Assembly: GCA_026985705.1 (NCBI GenBank)
Contig: JALSPY010000115.1
Span: forward strand, 1 to 41,206
Direction of reading: 5' to 3'
DNA from: Hydrogenothermaceae bacterium
GTDB lineage: Bacteria > Aquificota > Aquificia > Aquificales > Hydrogenothermaceae
DNA: 41,206 nt
Shown here: positions 38,023-41,206 of the stretch, one piece after another
How positions within the stretch are numbered: the first letter of the stretch is position 1
Layout: each line of letters begins with the position of its first letter
The notes under the pieces: model-generated
What the model was told of the DNA's origin: nothing
The model's database searches: none
Seen by the model: the letters and a program-made list of their open reading frames with translations, nothing else
Translations under genes and position numbers: made by a program

Positions 38023-38240
38023 CAACATATCCCGTTGCCCTAAAAGGGTTGCAACGAAAACTAAACGGGATATGAAAAGAAGAAAAACGAAACAATAAAA
38101 AGAGAAAGTAGCCGTGAGTCTGGCAGGTAAATTTTCTGTCAGATAGCGGTAGCAAGGTGTGGTGACCACCTGTGTAGGGTAAGGTCGCATTAAGCGACAA
38201 ACCCCTACAGAAGCTGCCGATTTTAATCGGTAGTAGTTCA
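38023..38240 (+). ncRNA. candidate structured non-coding RNA of unknown family (strand call tentative)
   Basis: A GC-rich island in an AT-rich, gene-free gap. It contains five hairpins: 38026-38074, 38108-38153, 38156-38170, 38174-38208 and 38213-38234. At least six G.U pairs would be A.C mismatches on the other strand. A promoter lies immediately upstream. The two overlapping track ORFs have no RBS. Confidence 0.45.
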
Positions 38241-38282
38241 CATTTCCCTAATATTTGTAAAAAGAAAAGAGAAATAAAACTT

Positions 38283-40223
38283 TTAAAGCTCTGTGGATTT
38301 TTCTTCTATAAGTTTTCTGGTTTTATTTATAAACTCATCTATAGTATAAACTCCAATATTACCTTTTTTCTTAGTTCTAACAGAAACTGTTCCAGTTTGC
38401 CATTCTTTATCACCAACTACTAACATATAAGGAATTTTTTGGAGCTCAGCATCTCTAATTTTTTTGTTCATTCTCTCATTTCTTTCATCCACATCAACCC
38501 TTAAACCTGCTTCGCTTAACTTTTTCTTAACTTCTCTAGCATACGGTAAATGAGCATCTGATATAGGAATAACTCGTGCTTGAATAGGTGCTAACCATAA
38601 AGGAAGTAATCCTGCATAATGTTCTAGTAAAACGCCTATAAATCTTTCTATAGAGCCAAATATAGCTCTGTGTATCATATAAGGTCTGTGTTTTTTGTTA
38701 TCTTCACCTATGTAATACATGTCAAATCTTTCTGGTAGATTAAAATCAAACTGAATTGTTGAGCATTGCCACATTCTACCTATAGCATCTTTAATCTTGA
38801 CATCTATTTTAGGACCGTAAAATGCTCCACCACCTTCATCTATATCGTAGTCTAAACCTACATCTTCTATCGCTTTCTTTAATGAGTTCGTTGCAACCTC
38901 CCACATTCTATCATCACCTACAGACTTTTCAGGTCTTGTTGACAGGAATATTTGAAACTCATTGAAACCGTAAGATTTTAAAGTGTCTAAAACTAGATTT
39001 AAAACTCCTTTTATTTCATTTTCAACTTGCTCCTCTGTACATATAATATGGGCATCATCTTGAGTAAATCCTCTAACTCTCATTAAACCGTGTAAAACTC
39101 CACTTCTTTCATATCTGTAAACTGTTCCCAACTCTGCAAGTCTTATAGGCAACTCTTTATAACTTCTCTGTTTAGATTTGTATATCTGAACATGGAAAGG
39201 ACAGTTCATAGGTTTTACAAAGTATCCATCTTCCTCTATCTGCATTTCAGGAAACATATTTTCCCTGTAAAAATCTAAATGTCCACTCGTTTTCCATAAA
39301 TTTTCCCTTCCAACATGTGGAGTATAAACAAGCTGATAACCTCTCTTTATATGCTCCTTTTTCCATTCATTTTCTATCTCATTTCTTATGATAGCTCCCT
39401 TAGGCAACCATAGAACCAATCCTGCTCCTACATCTTCATCTATTATGAATAACTCTAACTCTTTACCTATCTTTCTGTGGTCTCTCTTTTTAGCTTCTTC
39501 TAACATATGAAGATATTTCTTTAATTCCTTTTCTGTCCAGAAAGCCACTCCATATATTCTTTGCAGCATCGGATTTCCCTCTTTACCTCTCCAGTAAGCT
39601 CCTGCAAGTGATACTAGTTTAAAAGCTCCAGCTTCACCTGTAGAAGGTATATGTGGACCTCTACATAAATCTACAAAATCACACTGTTTATAAATAGATA
39701 TAGGTTCACCTTCAGGAATTTGATGTTTGATTATATCTACCTTATAAATCTCTTTTTTATCCTCAAAAAACTTAATAGCCTCTTCTCTTGGTAATTCTTC
39801 TCTAACAATTTCACAGTTCCTATTAATAATTTCTTTCATCTTTTCTTCTATTACTGGTAAATCTTCTTCGCTAATTCTTTTTCCCTCTACTTCTACATCG
39901 TAGTAAAAACCGTTTTCTGTTGTTGGACCTATACCTAAATGGACATTTTTATCTCCATATAACTCTTTTAAAGCCTGTGCCATTATATGTGCAAGTGAGT
40001 GTCTAAGTAATTCTAAACTTTCTTTATCTTTCTTTGTTATTAGCTTAAGCTCTCCATTTTCTTTAATAGGAGTGTGTATATCTATTACCTTTCCATTTAA
40101 AACACCACCTATTATATTTTTAACTTTTTTTCCATCTTCTTTTAATCTATTCAGTATATCTTTTATAGTAATTCCATCATTAAATTCATACTCTCCAAAC
40201 TTTTGTATATATAGTTTTATCAT
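38283..40223 (-). CDS. thrS: threonine--tRNA ligase
   Basis: 646 aa with a TGS domain, the editing-domain motif HSLAHIMAQA, class II motifs (FRxE-like YRYERSGVLHGLMRVRGFTQDDAH; HRAIFGSIERF) and an anticodon-binding C-terminus. GGAGG RBS. Confidence 0.97.
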   Translation of the reverse strand: MIKLYIQKFGEYEFNDGITIKDILNRLKEDGKKVKNIIGGVLNGKVIDIHTPIKENGELKLITKKDKESLELLRHSLAHIMAQALKELYGDKNVHLGIGPTTENGFYYDVEVEGKRISEEDLPVIEEKMKEIINRNCEIVREELPREEAIKFFEDKKEIYKVDIIKHQIPEGEPISIYKQCDFVDLCRGPHIPSTGEAGAFKLVSLAGAYWRGKEGNPMLQRIYGVAFWTEKELKKYLHMLEEAKKRDHRKIGKELELFIIDEDVGAGLVLWLPKGAIIRNEIENEWKKEHIKRGYQLVYTPHVGRENLWKTSGHLDFYRENMFPEMQIEEDGYFVKPMNCPFHVQIYKSKQRSYKELPIRLAELGTVYRYERSGVLHGLMRVRGFTQDDAHIICTEEQVENEIKGVLNLVLDTLKSYGFNEFQIFLSTRPEKSVGDDRMWEVATNSLKKAIEDVGLDYDIDEGGGAFYGPKIDVKIKDAIGRMWQCSTIQFDFNLPERFDMYYIGEDNKKHRPYMIHRAIFGSIERFIGVLLEHYAGLLPLWLAPIQARVIPISDAHLPYAREVKKKLSEAGLRVDVDERNERMNKKIRDAELQKIPYMLVVGDKEWQTGTVSVRTKKKGNIGVYTIDEFINKTRKLIEEKSTEL

Positions 40224-40375
40224 CTTATTTCAAACCTCCATAGACAAATATTCAACTAACCTTTTTTATTTATTTTAACAATATATTAAACAAGTTTGAT
40301 AACATAGATTACAAACTTTCAAAGTTTAGATACTAAAAAGATAATTAACAAATGTTTCATAGTTTCTTTTAATTA

Positions 40376-40430
40376 TTTCATAATTTTATAAATTGTTTCA
40401 CAATTTTATAAATTGATTTCACAATTTTTT
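40376..40430. repeat. 2.6 tandem copies of a 20-21-bp direct repeat (TTTCA[T/C]AATTTTATAAATTG[A])
   Basis: Unit 1 is 40376-40395. Unit 2 is 40396-40416 (19/20 identical plus one extra A). Unit 3 is 40417-40428 (first 12 nt identical, then diverges). The array is 60-110 bp upstream of the globin ORF in the thrS/globin divergent region. Confidence 0.85.
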
Positions 40431-40488
40431 TATTAAATCTTTAAGTTTTATTGATAAAATTGAAAAAATCTTTCTATAGGAGGAAAAA

Positions 40489-41058
40489 ATGATAAACTCT
40501 ATTAAATTAGTTCTTGAAAGTTCTGCTAATTTAAATAATCTTTCAAAGTCAGATTTTGAACTACTAAATAAGTATAGAGATATTTTTTCCCAATGGACAG
40601 ATGAGTTAGTAAAAATTTTTTATGATAGCATATTCAAATTTGATAAGACTGCTTCTATTCCATATAAAGGGGAAAGGGAAAAATTAGAAAAAACATTAAC
40701 AGATTGGTATTTGGATATAATAAGTGGAAAACTAAACGAAAAGTTTTGGACGAAACAATGGTATGTTGGATTAGCACATATTCATAGAAAAGTTGATAAT
40801 AAATATATGGTTGCTATGATGGGAAAATTTCAAGAAGAATTTATGAAAAAAACATTTGAAAATTTTGATAAAGATTTAGCTTTAAAAATATCTTTAGCTT
40901 TTAACAGGATAACAAATGCTATTCTAGCAGTAATTGTAGAAGGATATATAAATATGTATATAAAAGCATTGGAAGGTATGACAGGAATTAATAAAGAAGT
41001 TTTAGATAGAATAGTTGCTATAGAGAGCAAAAAATTATTTATAGAATATAAGTCGTAA
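40489..41058 (+). CDS. stand-alone sensor-globin (protoglobin-like) domain protein
   Basis: 189 aa with the pattern FYDSIFKFD...WYVGLAHIHRKVDNKYMVAMM, like the globin-coupled-sensor heme domain including a candidate proximal His. No transmitter domain. GGAGG RBS. Confidence 0.7.
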   Translation: MINSIKLVLESSANLNNLSKSDFELLNKYRDIFSQWTDELVKIFYDSIFKFDKTASIPYKGEREKLEKTLTDWYLDIISGKLNEKFWTKQWYVGLAHIHRKVDNKYMVAMMGKFQEEFMKKTFENFDKDLALKISLAFNRITNAILAVIVEGYINMYIKALEGMTGINKEVLDRIVAIESKKLFIEYKS

Positions 41059-41149
41059 TTTAGGAAGACTTTTTTCTTTTAGTATAATAAAAATATTTAT
41101 GCCTATAGTGTAAAAATAATTTTTATATGAATAAAATAAAAAAACAGTT

Positions 41150-41206
41150 TTAAACAGAGCCAGAAGGAAAACCACCTCTTAATGCACCTGTAATAGCTCC
41201 AAGAGT
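41150..41206 (-). CDS. C-terminal 18 codons of an unidentified gene entering from the right edge
   Basis: Open minus-strand frame from the window edge, ...TLGAITGALRGGFPSGSV, with stop TAA at 41152-41150. Too short to identify. Confidence 0.3.
   Translation of the reverse strand, partial: TLGAITGALRGGFPSGSV

Noticed and set aside
38100-38240. Possible RNase P RNA: GAGAAAGUAGCCG, AGCAAGG and CCCCUACAGAAGC occur in the same 5'-3' order as the CR-I, J5/15 and CR-V motifs
   Set aside because: The universally conserved GGAAAGUCC core is not present on either strand. A canonical P4 pairing cannot be drawn. No specificity-domain motifs (GGUAAGAGC, GUGAAA) are present. The element is about 100 nt too short. 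Left as unknown pending a covariance-model scan.
37868-38241. Two overlapping minus-strand track ORFs (110 aa and 105 aa) spanning the GC-rich element
   Set aside because: Neither has an RBS. The translations are low-complexity and Cys/Phe/Leu/Arg-rich. The ORFs stay open mainly because the GC-rich helices lack AT-rich stop codons. They overlap each other in different frames, and the hairpin content fits RNA better.
38100-38282. T-box-like reading of the minus strand: AGGUGGUCACCAC resembles AGGGUGGUACCGCG, followed by a hairpin and a U-rich tract
   Set aside because: It lies downstream of thrS, not upstream, and there is no gene behind it. The would-be terminator carries several A.C mismatches on that strand, and no specifier-loop or K-turn architecture is evident.
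37900-38282. tmRNA, SRP RNA or 6S RNA
   Set aside because: There is no tRNA-like T-arm/ACCA end or tag reading frame ending in a stop, no GGAA-tetraloop domain IV motif (GUCCGGAAGGAAGCAGC), and no long end-to-end closing helix with a central bubble.
40313-40327. Palindrome AAACTTT-C-AAAGTTT in the thrS/globin intergenic region as an operator
   Set aside because: A 7-bp AT-only inverted repeat is expected by chance at roughly 0.2 per interval of this size and composition, so it is not significant on its own.
40376-40430. Tandem repeats as a CRISPR array
   Set aside because: The units are directly abutting with no spacers, there are only 2.6 copies, and no cas genes are present. Treated as a regulatory repeat.

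Overview
AT-rich bacterial chromosomal window (about 30% GC by eye), densely packed with housekeeping genes on both strands. The proteins are rich in K, E and I, and GC-rich sequence is confined to one apparently structured non-coding stretch. Together with the gene content (futalosine-type menaquinone genes, thioredoxin-like 2Fe-2S ferredoxin, Kdo transferase, orphan GcvH), this suggests a thermophile of Aquificota-like affinity; that is inference only. Genes recognised: thiC (partial), waaA, aspS, aroK, an MqnC/MqnE-family radical SAM enzyme, UbiD- and UbiX-family enzymes, trpC, purF, cimA, nadA, an mrp/apbC-like gene, a nifS-like gene, the infA-rpmJ-rpsM-rpsK-rpsD-rpoA-rplQ block followed by yggT and pilT, a group-2-like sigma factor, radA, an IclR regulator, a GGDEF cyclase, trmD, gcvH, smc and thrS. 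The remainder are a stand-alone sensor globin and several membrane or secreted proteins of unknown function. I saw no tRNA or rRNA genes, CRISPR arrays, transposases or integrases. The most interesting signals are listed below. (1) An ~800-bp gene-free gap between thrS and an lpp-like gene holds a ~220-nt GC-rich multi-hairpin element behind a near-consensus promoter. I could not place it in any RNA family by motif. (2) An mrp-nifS-like gene pair in which both proteins have lost canonical active-site residues (CxxC to CPES; PLP lysine to Tyr). (3) A 20-21-bp tandem repeat array upstream of the output-less globin gene. Everything rests on reading the sequence and the supplied ORF track; no database search was run.
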